From positions 1-64,000 of the forward strand of contig JANRJK010000038.1 of the NCBI GenBank assembly GCA_033764015.1: 64,000 nucleotides of DNA, read 5' to 3'. The stretch comes from Candidatus Sumerlaeia bacterium (GTDB lineage: Bacteria > Sumerlaeota > Sumerlaeia > SLMS01 > JANRJK01). This document shows positions 16,646 through 26,667 of the stretch, piece by piece. The notes under the pieces are model-generated. The model saw only the letters and a program-made list of their open reading frames with translations, searched no databases and was not told the origin of the DNA. The position numbers were made by a program, and so were the translations under genes. How positions within the stretch are numbered: the stretch's first letter is position 1; each line of letters opens with the position of its first letter.

Positions 16646-18367
16646 CTATTCCAGCGGGCGGCGGCCGAGGAAGCCCGCGCCGCCGAGGACCGCGAGCACG
16701 CAGAGCCAGGCGAACCAGTCCCCGAAGCGCGCGTAGAGCGTCCGCGCGGGTTCTAGCGGCACGCGCACGCTGACACGCGCGATGGCGGGATCGCGGGGCG
16801 GCAGGCGCTCCAGCACGGTGCCCGCGATGTCGATGGATTCGGTGAGCCCGGTGTTCGTGGCGCGTATCATCGGCAGGCGGGTCTCGACCGTGCGCCAACG
16901 GGCCGCCAGCGAGTGGATCCGGTCGCCCGGGAAGGGATCGTACCAGGCATCGTTCGTGGCGTTGACGAGGAGCTGGGCGCCGCCGCGCGCCTCGTGGCGG
17001 GCGATCCAGGAGACCATGTCCTCGAAGCAGACGCTCGGGCCCAGGACGACCGCCGCCGGGCCCTCCGCATCGACGGCGCGGCGCAGCGGGAGCGCTATCA
17101 GCCTCGGAGCGTCCGCGCGGTCGAAGGTGCCGATCCCCACCAGGCCCTCGACGGCGCCGGGAATCATGTCGAGGTAGGGGATCGTTTCGCCGAAGGGGAC
17201 CAGCTGGGCCTTCTGGTAGTCGGAGTTGCGGCGCGGCTCGGACTCGCCCGGCGTCACGAGCCAGATCGCATTGTAGAATCGCGAGCGGAAGCCGCCGTCG
17301 CCGTCCATCGCGTCGTCGGGCACCGTGGTTTCGTTTCCTTCCGCGTCGAGCAGCCGGAGGTCGAGGGCGCCGAGCATGATCGAGGCGTCCAGGTCGCGGG
17401 CGCGCTGGATGAACTCGCGCTGCAGGCCCGCGGAGAGCGAGAACTCCGGCGCCGCGACGACCGACTCGGGCAGGGCGACGAGGTCCACCTGCCCGCGCTC
17501 GAGCGAGTCGATCTGCTTGAAAAGCGAGAGGAGGTGGCGGTTCTGCAGCTCCGTGCGGGCGGCTTCGTCGGGCGAGCTGTAGCTGTCGAACTTCTCCTTC
17601 TGGGCGACGCCCGTTTGGACCAGCGCGACGCGCACGGTGGCGGAGCGCTCGTCGAGGCGGGCGTAGGCGCGTCCGCGCGCGGACCCGCCCCACAGGACGG
17701 CGCCGAACAGCACGGCGGCGGTGGCCCCGCCGAGCACCAGGGCGTCGAAGAGGCCGCGCTTCTTGACGGCGCTCGCGGCGAGCGTCATCAGTGCGAGGTT
17801 CACGGCGAAGACGATGCCGCCGGCGAGCGGGACGCCGCCGATGCCGGCGACCTGCGCGAAGGCGGGCCACTCGATCAGCGGGTGCGCCAGCATGCCCATC
17901 GGCAGGCTGAGGCGGCCGACGCTGCGGAACCATTCGACGGCCACCCAAGCGGCGACGGAGAGCACGAAGGCCGCGGCGGGGGGCAGTTCGCGCCCGAACC
18001 ACACCGACAGCATCCCCACCAGCCCGATGTGGGCGCCGAGCACCAGGAAGAGCACCGGCAGCGCGGGGCCGACCGCGGCGTGGTAATTCGAGACCATCAG
18101 CAGGAAGGAGAAGAGGAGGGCGGAAAGCACCGTCCCGAAGAAGGTAGAGTAGCCGAAGGCGGCGCGGAGTTCGCAGCCGCGCAGGGCCCACAGCCAAGGG
18201 ACAAGCGCCACGAAGGCCAGCGGCCAGGCGCCGACGGGGGGGAAGGCCAGCCAAAGCAGCGTGGCGGAGGCGGCGCAGAGGCCGAGCCGCGGGGCCGCCG
18301 CGCGCAGCCTGGCGGCGGCGTCCGGCGCGGCGGGTTGGGACTTGGGGGCGGGAGGAGGCGTGCTCAT
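16646..18367 (-). CDS. lnt: Apolipoprotein N-acyltransferase
   Basis: N-terminal transmembrane helices plus nitrilase-fold motifs LPES, KAQLVPFGE, VCFED, TNDAWY and RATNTGLT. Confidence 0.93.
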   Translation of the reverse strand: MSTPPPAPKSQPAAPDAAARLRAAAPRLGLCAASATLLWLAFPPVGAWPLAFVALVPWLWALRGCELRAAFGYSTFFGTVLSALLFSFLLMVSNYHAAVGPALPVLFLVLGAHIGLVGMLSVWFGRELPPAAAFVLSVAAWVAVEWFRSVGRLSLPMGMLAHPLIEWPAFAQVAGIGGVPLAGGIVFAVNLALMTLAASAVKKRGLFDALVLGGATAAVLFGAVLWGGSARGRAYARLDERSATVRVALVQTGVAQKEKFDSYSSPDEAARTELQNRHLLSLFKQIDSLERGQVDLVALPESVVAAPEFSLSAGLQREFIQRARDLDASIMLGALDLRLLDAEGNETTVPDDAMDGDGGFRSRFYNAIWLVTPGESEPRRNSDYQKAQLVPFGETIPYLDMIPGAVEGLVGIGTFDRADAPRLIALPLRRAVDAEGPAAVVLGPSVCFEDMVSWIARHEARGGAQLLVNATNDAWYDPFPGDRIHSLAARWRTVETRLPMIRATNTGLTESIDIAGTVLERLPPRDPAIARVSVRVPLEPARTLYARFGDWFAWLCVLAVLGGAGFLGRRPLE

Positions 18368-18476
18368 GGGGGAATCCGCCCCGCTCCGGCCCCACGGGAT
18401 CAAGCGCGATCGGGCGCAATCGCCTTGCGCTTGTGCCGACGGCGGCGCAGGCATCGCCGCATAGGAGCCACCTTCC

Positions 18477-19457
18477 ATGCGCCAATCGCTGCGGATCCTG
18501 CTCAACGGTGTCGTCGACTACGCGGGGCTCTTCCCCCCGGCGAAGCTGGAGCTGGAGCCCGCGCTGCGCGCCTACGCGGCGCACCGGCGCACGGCGGAGG
18601 CCTGGATGCTCGGCCACTTCGTGCTTCCGGCGGCGCGGCTGCCGGAGGTCACGCCGCACTACCGCGAGCTCTTCTCGGCGGTCGGCTCGCTGCCCCTGGT
18701 GCTGATCGCCCCGGGCGGGGCGGAGCGCGGCGAGTGGCTCGACGCCTTCCGCCGCGACCTGCAGATGGTCGCTTCGCTGCGCGCCGCGCCGGGGCACCAC
18801 TTCACCGCGAACGCGTTCGAGGCGCGCCTCCCCGCCGACGTGCTCGCGCAGGGCGAGGCGGGAGCGGTCCGCGAGCTCCTCGACGAAGCGAAGGCGGTCG
18901 CCGACGACTCCGGGATGGCTCCCTTCCAGATGGCGGTCGAGGCGACCGTGCCGGAGGGTTTCGCGGACGTCGCGACGGCCGCCATCGCGGGCCTGGCGGA
19001 GCACCGCGCCGGCGGCGACTGGGCCACCTGGCAGCCCCCCTCGTTCAAGCTGCGCTGCGGGGGCGCCGACGCCGCCGCGTTCCCTCCCGCGGACCAGGTC
19101 GCCCTCGCGCTCGACGCGTGCGCGGCGGACGCGGTTCCGATCAAGTTCACCGCCGGGCTGCACCATCCCCTGCGCCGCTGGGACGAGCCGCTCGGCGCCT
19201 GGATGCACGGCTTCCTGAACGTGCTCGTGGCGGCGTGCCTCGCGCACGGGGCCCGCGCCAGCCGCCGCACCCTGGTGGACGCGCTGCTGCGCGAGGAGCA
19301 CCCGGCCTTCGAGTTCCGCGACGACCAGCTCCGGGTCGGCGAGACGGTCGTTTCCGCGGACGGGCTGGCGGTGCTCCGCGGCGAGCGCATCCTCGGGTTC
19401 GGAAGCTGCAGCTTCGACGAGCCGCGCGGGGAGCTGCGGGGGCTGGGGCTGCTGTAG
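18477..19457 (+). CDS. Conserved hypothetical protein
   Basis: Strong GC3 codon pattern. Conserved-looking motifs VDYAGLFPPA, FKLRCGG, KFTAGLHHP, HGFLN and FGSCSFDEP. Confidence 0.8.
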   Translation: MRQSLRILLNGVVDYAGLFPPAKLELEPALRAYAAHRRTAEAWMLGHFVLPAARLPEVTPHYRELFSAVGSLPLVLIAPGGAERGEWLDAFRRDLQMVASLRAAPGHHFTANAFEARLPADVLAQGEAGAVRELLDEAKAVADDSGMAPFQMAVEATVPEGFADVATAAIAGLAEHRAGGDWATWQPPSFKLRCGGADAAAFPPADQVALALDACAADAVPIKFTAGLHHPLRRWDEPLGAWMHGFLNVLVAACLAHGARASRRTLVDALLREEHPAFEFRDDQLRVGETVVSADGLAVLRGERILGFGSCSFDEPRGELRGLGLL

Positions 19458-19467
19458 CGCGCCGCGC

Positions 19468-19502
19468 TTGACTCCGCCCGCGGCGTTCAATATATTGAAC
19501 GC
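19468..19502 (+). promoter_or_regulatory. Sigma70-type promoter of tdh-kbl with an overlapping palindromic operator
   Basis: TTGACT (19468-19473), 17 bp spacer, TATATT (19491-19496). Perfect 20-bp palindrome GCGTTCAATATATTGAACGC at 19483-19502. Confidence 0.75.
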
Positions 19503-19527
19503 ATCGCACCCAACGGCGGACGCAACC

Positions 19528-20559
19528 ATGCGCTGTCTCAAGAAGGAAGCACCCCGCGAGGGCCTCACCCTGACCACCGCGCGCAAGCCGCGCGCGAAGG
19601 CGGGCGAGGTGCTCATCCGCGTGACGCACGCGGGCATCTGCGGCACCGACATCCACATCTACAACTGGGACCGCTGGAGCCAGTCGCGCCTGCGCCCGCC
19701 GCTGATCACGGGGCACGAGTTCGTCGGCCTCATCGAGGAGCTCGGCGAGGGCGTCGAGGGACTCCAGAAGGGCCAGCGCGTCAGCGCCGAGGGGCACATC
19801 ACCTGCGGGCGCTGCGAGTACTGCCGCACCGGCAACGGCCACATCTGCGCGAACGTCAAGATCATCGGCATCGACCGCGACGGCGCCTTCGCGGAGTGGC
19901 TCGCGATGCCCGCCGGGAACGTCTGGCCCGTGGACGACCGGATCCCCGACGAGCAGGCGGCGATCTTCGACCCGCTCGGGAACGCGATGCACACCGTGGC
20001 GAGCGCCAACATGTCGGGGGCGAACGTGCTGATCGTGGGAGCCGGCGCGATCGGCCTGTTCGCGATCCCGATCGCGCGGAGCTTCGGCGCCCGCGCGATC
20101 CTCGTCGCGGAGCCGAACGCCTACCGGCGGGAGCTGGCCGCGGCGGCGGGCGCGGACCTCGTGGTGGACCCCCGCAAGGAGCCGATCTGCGACGCGGTGC
20201 GGCGCGAGTTCGACGCGCACGGCGTGGATGTGGTGCTCGAGATGAGCGGCCACCCGGAAGGGTTCCGCCAGGGGCTCGCGAGCCTGCGTGGCGGCGGAAC
20301 CGCCGTGCTGCTAGGCATCCCGTCGGAGCCGCTCGCGATCGACTGGGCCGCCGACGTGATCTTCAAGGCGATCACCATCGTCGGCGTGAACGGGCGCCGC
20401 ATGTTCGACACCTGGTACCAGACCTCGCGCTTCCTCGTCTCGAACGGCTCGAAGATCGCGCCGCTGATCACGCACCGCATGGACATGGCGCGCTACGAGG
20501 AGGCCTTCACGCTCCTGCGCGCCGGCAACGCCGGCAAGATCGTCCTCGACATCGCCTGA
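19528..20559 (+). CDS. tdh: L-threonine 3-dehydrogenase
   Basis: GICGTDIHIYNWD, GHEFVG, SAEGHITCGRCEYC, DPLGNAMHT and GRRMFDTWYQ motifs. Adjacent to kbl. Confidence 0.95.
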   Translation: MRCLKKEAPREGLTLTTARKPRAKAGEVLIRVTHAGICGTDIHIYNWDRWSQSRLRPPLITGHEFVGLIEELGEGVEGLQKGQRVSAEGHITCGRCEYCRTGNGHICANVKIIGIDRDGAFAEWLAMPAGNVWPVDDRIPDEQAAIFDPLGNAMHTVASANMSGANVLIVGAGAIGLFAIPIARSFGARAILVAEPNAYRRELAAAAGADLVVDPRKEPICDAVRREFDAHGVDVVLEMSGHPEGFRQGLASLRGGGTAVLLGIPSEPLAIDWAADVIFKAITIVGVNGRRMFDTWYQTSRFLVSNGSKIAPLITHRMDMARYEEAFTLLRAGNAGKIVLDIA

Positions 20560-20578
20560 AATCCAAGGAGCCCCCCCG

Positions 20579-21745
20579 ATGCCCACCGCCACGGAACTGG
20601 CCAACGCCGAGCTGGACGCCATGCGCGCCGCCGGCACCCTGAAGCACTTCATGCACCTCGATTCGCCGCAGGACCGCATGGTCCGCACGGCGGACGGCGG
20701 CGAGCTGCTGGTGATGAGCTCGAACAACTACCTCGGCCTCGCGAACGAACCGAGCGTGGTGGAGGCGGGCGTCGCCGGCCTCGAGCGCTACGGCGCCGGC
20801 ACCGGGAGCGTGCGCTTCATCTGCGGCACCTTCAGCATCCACGACGAGCTCGAACGGGAGCTCGCCGCTTTCCTCGGCTTCGAGCGCGCGCTCACCTACG
20901 TCTCCTGCTGGAACGCCAACGAGGGCCTGATCCCGACGCTCGCGCAGCGGGAGGACGCGATCATCAGCGACGCGCTGAACCACGCGTCGATCATCGACGC
21001 GGTGCGGCTCTCGAAGGCCACCCGCGAGGTGTACCCGCACGGCGACATGGCGGCGCTCGAGGCCGCGCTGCGGCGCCACCAGGACAAGCGCGCCCGGTTC
21101 GTGCTGACCGACGGCGTCTTCTCCATGGAGGGGACGGTCGCGAAGCTGCCGGAGATCGTCGACCTTTGCGGGCGCTACGACGCGATCCTCTTCGTGGACG
21201 ACTCGCACGGCATCGGCGTCGCCGGCCACGGCGGCCGCGGGGTGGGCGAGCACTTCGGCGTGATGGACCGGATCGACCTGTTGACGGGGACCCTCGGGAA
21301 GGCGCTCGGCGGCGCGGCGGGCGGCTTCGTCTGCGCGTCGCAGGCGGTGGTCGACCTGCTCGAGCAGAAGTCGCGCCCCCAGCTCTTCTCGAACTCGCTG
21401 CCGCTCACGGTCGCGGCGAGCGCGCTCCAGGCGCTCCGCCTCGTCCGCGACGAACCCCAACGCGTCGCCCGCCTGCGCTCGCTGTCGGCCTACGCCCGGG
21501 CGAAGTTCCGCGAGGCGGGCTTCCCCGTCGAGGACTCCCCCACCGCGATCATCCCGGTGATTCTCGGCGAGACCTCGAAGGCGATCGCCGCCAGCAGGCG
21601 GCTGCTCGCGCACGGCATCTTCGTCACCGGCTTCGGCTACCCGGTGGTGCCGGAAGGCACCGCGCGGCTGCGCATCCAGGTCAGCGCCGCCCACCGCGAG
21701 GAGGACTTCGACCGCTTGGTGGCCGCGCTGAAGGCGGTGCTATAG
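20579..21745 (+). CDS. kbl: Glycine C-acetyltransferase (2-amino-3-ketobutyrate CoA ligase)
   Basis: SNNYLGL, SVRFICGT, NHASIID, DGVFSMEG, DDSHG, TGTLGKALGG and RPQLFSNS motifs. Confidence 0.93.
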   Translation: MPTATELANAELDAMRAAGTLKHFMHLDSPQDRMVRTADGGELLVMSSNNYLGLANEPSVVEAGVAGLERYGAGTGSVRFICGTFSIHDELERELAAFLGFERALTYVSCWNANEGLIPTLAQREDAIISDALNHASIIDAVRLSKATREVYPHGDMAALEAALRRHQDKRARFVLTDGVFSMEGTVAKLPEIVDLCGRYDAILFVDDSHGIGVAGHGGRGVGEHFGVMDRIDLLTGTLGKALGGAAGGFVCASQAVVDLLEQKSRPQLFSNSLPLTVAASALQALRLVRDEPQRVARLRSLSAYARAKFREAGFPVEDSPTAIIPVILGETSKAIAASRRLLAHGIFVTGFGYPVVPEGTARLRIQVSAAHREEDFDRLVAALKAVL

Positions 21746-21748
21746 TCG

Positions 21749-22831
21749 GTGCCTTCGCCGCGCCGCGGGCTTGCCCGGCGGCGCGGCGAGTCGTCCCTTT
21801 GGCGCATGTTCCGCCGCTACGACGAACTGCTCGACGCCCTGCCGACGCATCCGTCGGAGGGGTCGTTCTTTCCCGCGTGGCTGCGGCGCATCGATCCGTT
21901 CCTCGAGCGGGCCGACGGGATCGCGCTGCTGTGGGCGTTCCGGGTGCGGCGGATCTCGTGGGCGCGGAAGCACCGGGTGCTGCGCCATCTGTACCTCCCC
22001 GGAAACGTGCTCTTCTACAGCGTGCTGGCGACTTGGGCGGCGAATGTGGGCGTGGAGGTGCACCACGCCATGGGTGTTTGGATCGGTTGGTTCATCCTGC
22101 TGACGTTCGCGGCCTCGCGGGGGCGGCCGAAGCTGGCGCTGCCACTGGCCGCGGCTTACGCGCAGGCGCCGGGAGTCTCGACGCCCGAGGTCGCGATGGA
22201 CCTGCATCTGCTCGGCGCCAAGGGCTCGAACCTGCTCGAAGCCGCGTACTTCGAGGGCCGCGAAGTGTGGCGCATGCCCCAGCAGCACCTGATCTACGTG
22301 TTGCAGCCGCTGCTGGCGGTGGGCGCCGGGGCGGTGCGGCTCGGCGGGTTTCCGACCGGCTGGTGGATCTTCTCGGGTGGGATCCTGCTGCTGGCGATGG
22401 TGGCGCGGCTGGCGCAGCTCGACGGGCGGATCGGCCGGGCGCACTTCCGATGGCGGGTTCTGGGTGCCTGCCGCCGAGCCTGGCGGGGGGCTGTCGCATC
22501 CTCCAGTGGACGGGCCCCGGTCGCGCGGATCGGTAACTTGCTGCTGCTGCTCGCAGGCGCGGTCGTGGGTGCAGTCCTTCTCGTCGTGACAGGCACCGTG
22601 ACCGCGGGACTCCTCAGCGGCTTCGACGTGGTCGGCGAGTCGAACCCCGAGGAGCTGGTGCTGGCGACGATCGGGATCGACGGCGGCGTGCTCGCGGTGC
22701 TCTTGCTGCTCGCGGCGTTGCTCGTGGCCCGCCGGGAGCGGGGCGAGGCCTTCCTCGCCGCCCTCGAAGAGGCGGACGCGGACTACGAGCATTACGTGCG
22801 CGCGGTGCACTTCCGCGATCCCGACGCATGA
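21749..22831 (+). CDS. Hypothetical membrane protein (start uncertain, alternative ATG at 21806)
   Basis: Several hydrophobic segments. Fills the gap between kbl and the MazG-like gene. Confidence 0.6.
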   Translation: MPSPRRGLARRRGESSLWRMFRRYDELLDALPTHPSEGSFFPAWLRRIDPFLERADGIALLWAFRVRRISWARKHRVLRHLYLPGNVLFYSVLATWAANVGVEVHHAMGVWIGWFILLTFAASRGRPKLALPLAAAYAQAPGVSTPEVAMDLHLLGAKGSNLLEAAYFEGREVWRMPQQHLIYVLQPLLAVGAGAVRLGGFPTGWWIFSGGILLLAMVARLAQLDGRIGRAHFRWRVLGACRRAWRGAVASSSGRAPVARIGNLLLLLAGAVVGAVLLVVTGTVTAGLLSGFDVVGESNPEELVLATIGIDGGVLAVLLLLAALLVARRERGEAFLAALEEADADYEHYVRAVHFRDPDA

Positions 22832-22893
22832 TTCCGCTCCCCCGCCGCCGGGGCCGGCGGTCACATCCTGCCATCCGACGGAGACTCCCGCCC

Positions 22894-23214
22894 ATGCCCC
22901 CCGAACTCCACGCGCTTCGCCAAGCGGTCGCCGCCCTCGAACCGGTGCAGGCGGCGTTCGACGCGTACCAGCGCGCCGCCTTCCCGGAGCGGTCGCCGCA
23001 GTTCTTCGCCCTCGAGCTCGCGGGCGAGGCGGGCGAGGTGGCCAACAACGAGAAGAAGGTGTGGAAGGGGAAGGCGGTGCCCCGGGAGCACCTCGAGGAC
23101 GAGGCGGCGGACGTGCTGATCGCGCTCATGAACTACGCCAACTCGAACCGGATCGACCTGGCGGGGGCGGTTTCGGCGAAGCTGGCGGAGATCGAACGCC
23201 GGCGCCACATTTAG
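22894..23214 (+). CDS. MazG-like nucleotide pyrophosphohydrolase
   Basis: ELAGEAGEVAN...EDEAADVL matches the all-alpha NTP-PPase EXXE..EXXD pattern. GGAG RBS precedes the ATG at 22894. Confidence 0.8.
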   Translation: MPPELHALRQAVAALEPVQAAFDAYQRAAFPERSPQFFALELAGEAGEVANNEKKVWKGKAVPREHLEDEAADVLIALMNYANSNRIDLAGAVSAKLAEIERRRHI

Positions 23215-23292
23215 CGTGTGGCCGCGCTTGCGTCTGTTGCCGGGCTGGCGAAGATCGCAATCTTCAACCGCGAGAGGACCCGCCCCCCGTCC

Positions 23293-24243
23293 ATGATGGC
23301 CCCCGAAGACATCCTGCGCCACCGCCGACTGGCCCGCGAGGCGGTGCTCTACGCATGGGGCTGCATCGCGGAGCTCCGCTTCTCCTCCCTCGAGATCATC
23401 GACAAGCCGGACGGGCCCCAGACGCCCGCGGACCTGATCGCGGACCACGCGATCATGCAGTGGCTGGGCGCGCACGCCGGGAAGCAGCGCTACGCGTTCC
23501 TCACGGAGGAGACGGAGGACTCGGACGCGCGCTTCCACAAGGAGATGGTCTGGATCATCGATCCGATCGACGGCACGCGCGAGTTCATCGAGGGGCGGGA
23601 CGACTTCGCGATGCACGTGGCGCTCGCGGAGCGCCTCCCGGAAGGCGCGCGGCTGCTCGCCTCGGCCGTCTACGCGCCGGTGCTGGGGCGCCTCTACACG
23701 GCGTCGCTCGGCGGCGGCGCGACGCTCGAGGTCGAAGCGCGCGGCGCGGAGGACCCCTACTGGTGGGAGGGCCTCAGCTCGGAGCACCGCACGCCGGACC
23801 GCGCCGCGTTCCTGCCGCCGAAGCCGCTCGGCGTCTCGGGCAACGCTCCGCTGTCGGACTGCGTCGCGGTCGTTTCGCGGAACCACCGGACCAAGCGCCT
23901 GCGCGCGCTGCTGGAGCGCGTCGACTTCCGGAACGTCCTCGAGCGCGGCTCGCTCGGCGTGAAGGTGTGCCTGGTGGCGGAGGGAGCGGCGGACCTGTAC
24001 GTGAACACGGAACGGGGCCGCGGCAAGGAGTGGGACCTCGCGGCCCCGCAGCTCGTGCTGACGGAGGCCGGGGGCCGAGTGACGGACCTGGACGGCGGCG
24101 AGCCGCGCTACAACCAGCGCGACGTCGCGCTGCCGGCGGGCATCGTCGCCAGCAACGGCCTTTGCCACGAGGCCTTCATGAGCGCCGCCGCCGGTGTGCC
24201 GGGTCTGTACTCCGCGGGCGACGCGGACGCCGTCCCCTCCTGA
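23293..24243 (+). CDS. Inositol monophosphatase / CysQ (3'(2'),5'-bisphosphate nucleotidase) family
   Basis: LTEE, WIIDPIDGTREF, GSLGVK and EWDLAA motifs. Confidence 0.88.
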   Translation: MMAPEDILRHRRLAREAVLYAWGCIAELRFSSLEIIDKPDGPQTPADLIADHAIMQWLGAHAGKQRYAFLTEETEDSDARFHKEMVWIIDPIDGTREFIEGRDDFAMHVALAERLPEGARLLASAVYAPVLGRLYTASLGGGATLEVEARGAEDPYWWEGLSSEHRTPDRAAFLPPKPLGVSGNAPLSDCVAVVSRNHRTKRLRALLERVDFRNVLERGSLGVKVCLVAEGAADLYVNTERGRGKEWDLAAPQLVLTEAGGRVTDLDGGEPRYNQRDVALPAGIVASNGLCHEAFMSAAAGVPGLYSAGDADAVPS

Positions 24244-24262
24244 CAGGCTCGCGCGCGGACCT

Positions 24263-25009
24263 ATGTGCACCGTGACGCTCGAGTGCGAGCCGGCAGCCTT
24301 CACCATCACCATGAACCGGGACGAGGCCCGCAACCGCGAGCCCGAGCACCCGCCGGAGTGGCACCGTTCGTCCTCCGGCGTCGCCTGGGTGGCCCCGTCC
24401 GACGGGCGCACCGGAGGCACCTGGATCGGGGTCAACGAGCACGGCGCGGCGCTTTGCCTGCTGAACGGCTACCGCGTGGCCGACGCGCAGGCGGGGCACA
24501 TGAGCCGCGGCGCGATCATCCCGGACCTGCTGTCGCTCGGTCCCGCGGAGGAAATCATGAAGGACCTCCGCGAGCGCTACGATCCCCGACCGTACGCCTC
24601 GTTCCGCCTCGTGGTGGCGGCGGGGCGCAGCGTGCACGAGTTCGAATGGGACGGCGTCGGCGCCTGGGGCGGCACGGAGCACAGCGGCCACTGGGTGCTC
24701 CTGTCCTCGTCGTCGGTGGAGCCGGAGGCGACGCTCGCCTACCGGCGGAGGCTCTTCGTCGAGTGGCTCGAGAACGGCTGCGTGCGCGAGGGGACGCTCC
24801 CCGCCTTCCACCGGATGTCGAGCGCGGGCCATGAATCGGAGTCGCCGCTGATGAGCCGTCCGAAGAGCGCCACGCGGAGCATCACGCAGGCGCGCGTGGA
24901 CTTCACCGGCGGCGAGGCGCGCATGTGCTACTGGCCGCGCCCGCACGACCCGGCGCGGCACGAGCCGCGGCGATTGGCGCTCCCGCTGCTGGGGCGCGGC
25001 CGCGCATGA
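24263..25009 (+). CDS. NRDE/TANGO2 family protein (Ntn-hydrolase-like)
   Basis: N-terminal MCT, then NRDE, GGTWIGVN, LLNG and SRGAII motifs. Confidence 0.9.
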   Translation: MCTVTLECEPAAFTITMNRDEARNREPEHPPEWHRSSSGVAWVAPSDGRTGGTWIGVNEHGAALCLLNGYRVADAQAGHMSRGAIIPDLLSLGPAEEIMKDLRERYDPRPYASFRLVVAAGRSVHEFEWDGVGAWGGTEHSGHWVLLSSSSVEPEATLAYRRRLFVEWLENGCVREGTLPAFHRMSSAGHESESPLMSRPKSATRSITQARVDFTGGEARMCYWPRPHDPARHEPRRLALPLLGRGRA

Positions 25010-26667
25010 GCGACCGCGTCGCGCAGCTCTCGGAACTCCTCGGCGGATTGAGCGGCGACCCGCTGCTGCAGGCGGCGCTTGTCGCGCTGGGCACCTTCGT
25101 CCTGGAGGATCCCGTGACGATCGCGAGCGGCCTGCTGGTGGCGGCGGAGGCGATGCCGTTCTGGGCGGCGATGGCGGGGCTGACGGCGGGAATCGCGATC
25201 GGCGACTTCGGCCTCTATCTGATTGGCCGATTCGCGGGGCCGAAGGCGGTCAAGCGCGGGTGGGTGTCGCAGCGGCGGCTCGACATGGCGGGCGTCTGGC
25301 TGCGGAAGAACCTGCTGTGGACGATTTTCGCGGCGCGGTTCCTACCGGGGAGCAGGCTGCCGACCTTCGTGGGGGCCGGGGTGCTGCGGGCGCCCGTGCT
25401 CGGCTTCGTCGGCGTCGCGGTGGCGGCCTCGGCGCTCTGGTCCTTCGCGCTCCTGACGGCGACCGTGGCGCTCGGGAGCGCAGTGCTGCCGCTGCTGGGC
25501 GACTTGAAGTGGGCGGGGGCGGCGGTGCTCTTCGCGGCGCTGCTCTTCTTCATGTACCGCACCATGCGGAAGTTGAGCCGGGACATCGACATGGAGGACG
25601 ACCCGGAGGCGCCCGCGGTGTCCGCCTTCGAGTTCTGGCCCGGCTGGGTGTTCTACCTGCCGGTTGCGGTCTACTGCGTCTACCTGTCGGCGCGGTTCCG
25701 CGGTTCGATGCTGCCGGCGCTGGCGAATCCGTCGATCTACGGCGGCGGCATCGTCCGGGAATCGAAGGCGGAAATCCTTTCGCTGATCCCGGATGAGCAC
25801 GCCGCCCACGTCGCCCGGCTGGTTGTGCTGTCCCGGCGCCCGGGGGAATCGGCGCCCGCCTTCTCGGAGCGCATCCTCGCCGAGTCGGGCGCCGCGGGGA
25901 TCGCGCTTCCGTTCGTCCTGAAGCCGGACCAGGGGCAGCGCGGCGCCGGCGTGCGGCTGGTGCGCACGCGCGAGGCGGTGCTCGAATACGCGGAGAGCTT
26001 CGCCGCCGAGGTGCCGCTCGTCGCGCAGGAGCTCGCAGACCTGCCGCGCGAGGCCGGCGTGTTCTGGGTGCGCCGCCCCGGCGAAGCGCGCGGGCGCATC
26101 ATCTCCCTCACGCTCAAGTACTTCCCGGAAGTCGTCGGCGACGGGAAGCGGACGCTGCGCGAGTTGATCCTCGCGGACCGGCGCGCGCGCCACGTGGCCG
26201 ACACCTACTTCGCGCGGCACCAAGCGCGGCTGGAGGAGGTGATGCCGGAGGGCGAGGCGTTCCGGCTGGTCTTCGCCGGCAACCATGCGCAAGGGGCCAT
26301 CTTCCGCGATGGCCTCGCGGAGTTCCCCGCCGCCGCTGCGGAGCAGGTCGAGCGCATCGCGTCGACGATCCCGGGGTTCCACTTCGGACGCTTCGACATC
26401 CGGTTCCGCGACTTCGAGTCGTTCGGCGAAGGGCGGGATTTCAAAATCGTCGAGTTGAACGGCGCGAGCGCGGAATCGACGCACATCTGGGACGCGCGCA
26501 TGGGGCTCTTCGACGCCTACCGCGATCTCTTCCGGCAGTTCCGGCTGCTGTTCGAGATCGGCGCGGCGAACCGCGCGCTCGGGCACAAGGGCCTCGGCGC
26601 GCTCGCGGTGCTGCGCGACTGGCTCGACTACCGCAAGCAGCAGCGTGGCTACCCGGGGACCACATGA
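25006..26667 (+). CDS. DedA/VTT membrane domain fused to an ATP-grasp (D-Ala-D-Ala ligase-like) domain
   Basis: GTFVLED, IGDFGLY and ARFLPGSRLP mark DedA. FEFWP, ANPSI, ESKAEIL, LKPDQGQRGAGV, GNHAQGA, FGRFDIRF and IVELNG mark the ATP-grasp domain. Confidence 0.85.
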   Translation: MSDRVAQLSELLGGLSGDPLLQAALVALGTFVLEDPVTIASGLLVAAEAMPFWAAMAGLTAGIAIGDFGLYLIGRFAGPKAVKRGWVSQRRLDMAGVWLRKNLLWTIFAARFLPGSRLPTFVGAGVLRAPVLGFVGVAVAASALWSFALLTATVALGSAVLPLLGDLKWAGAAVLFAALLFFMYRTMRKLSRDIDMEDDPEAPAVSAFEFWPGWVFYLPVAVYCVYLSARFRGSMLPALANPSIYGGGIVRESKAEILSLIPDEHAAHVARLVVLSRRPGESAPAFSERILAESGAAGIALPFVLKPDQGQRGAGVRLVRTREAVLEYAESFAAEVPLVAQELADLPREAGVFWVRRPGEARGRIISLTLKYFPEVVGDGKRTLRELILADRRARHVADTYFARHQARLEEVMPEGEAFRLVFAGNHAQGAIFRDGLAEFPAAAAEQVERIASTIPGFHFGRFDIRFRDFESFGEGRDFKIVELNGASAESTHIWDARMGLFDAYRDLFRQFRLLFEIGAANRALGHKGLGALAVLRDWLDYRKQQRGYPGTT

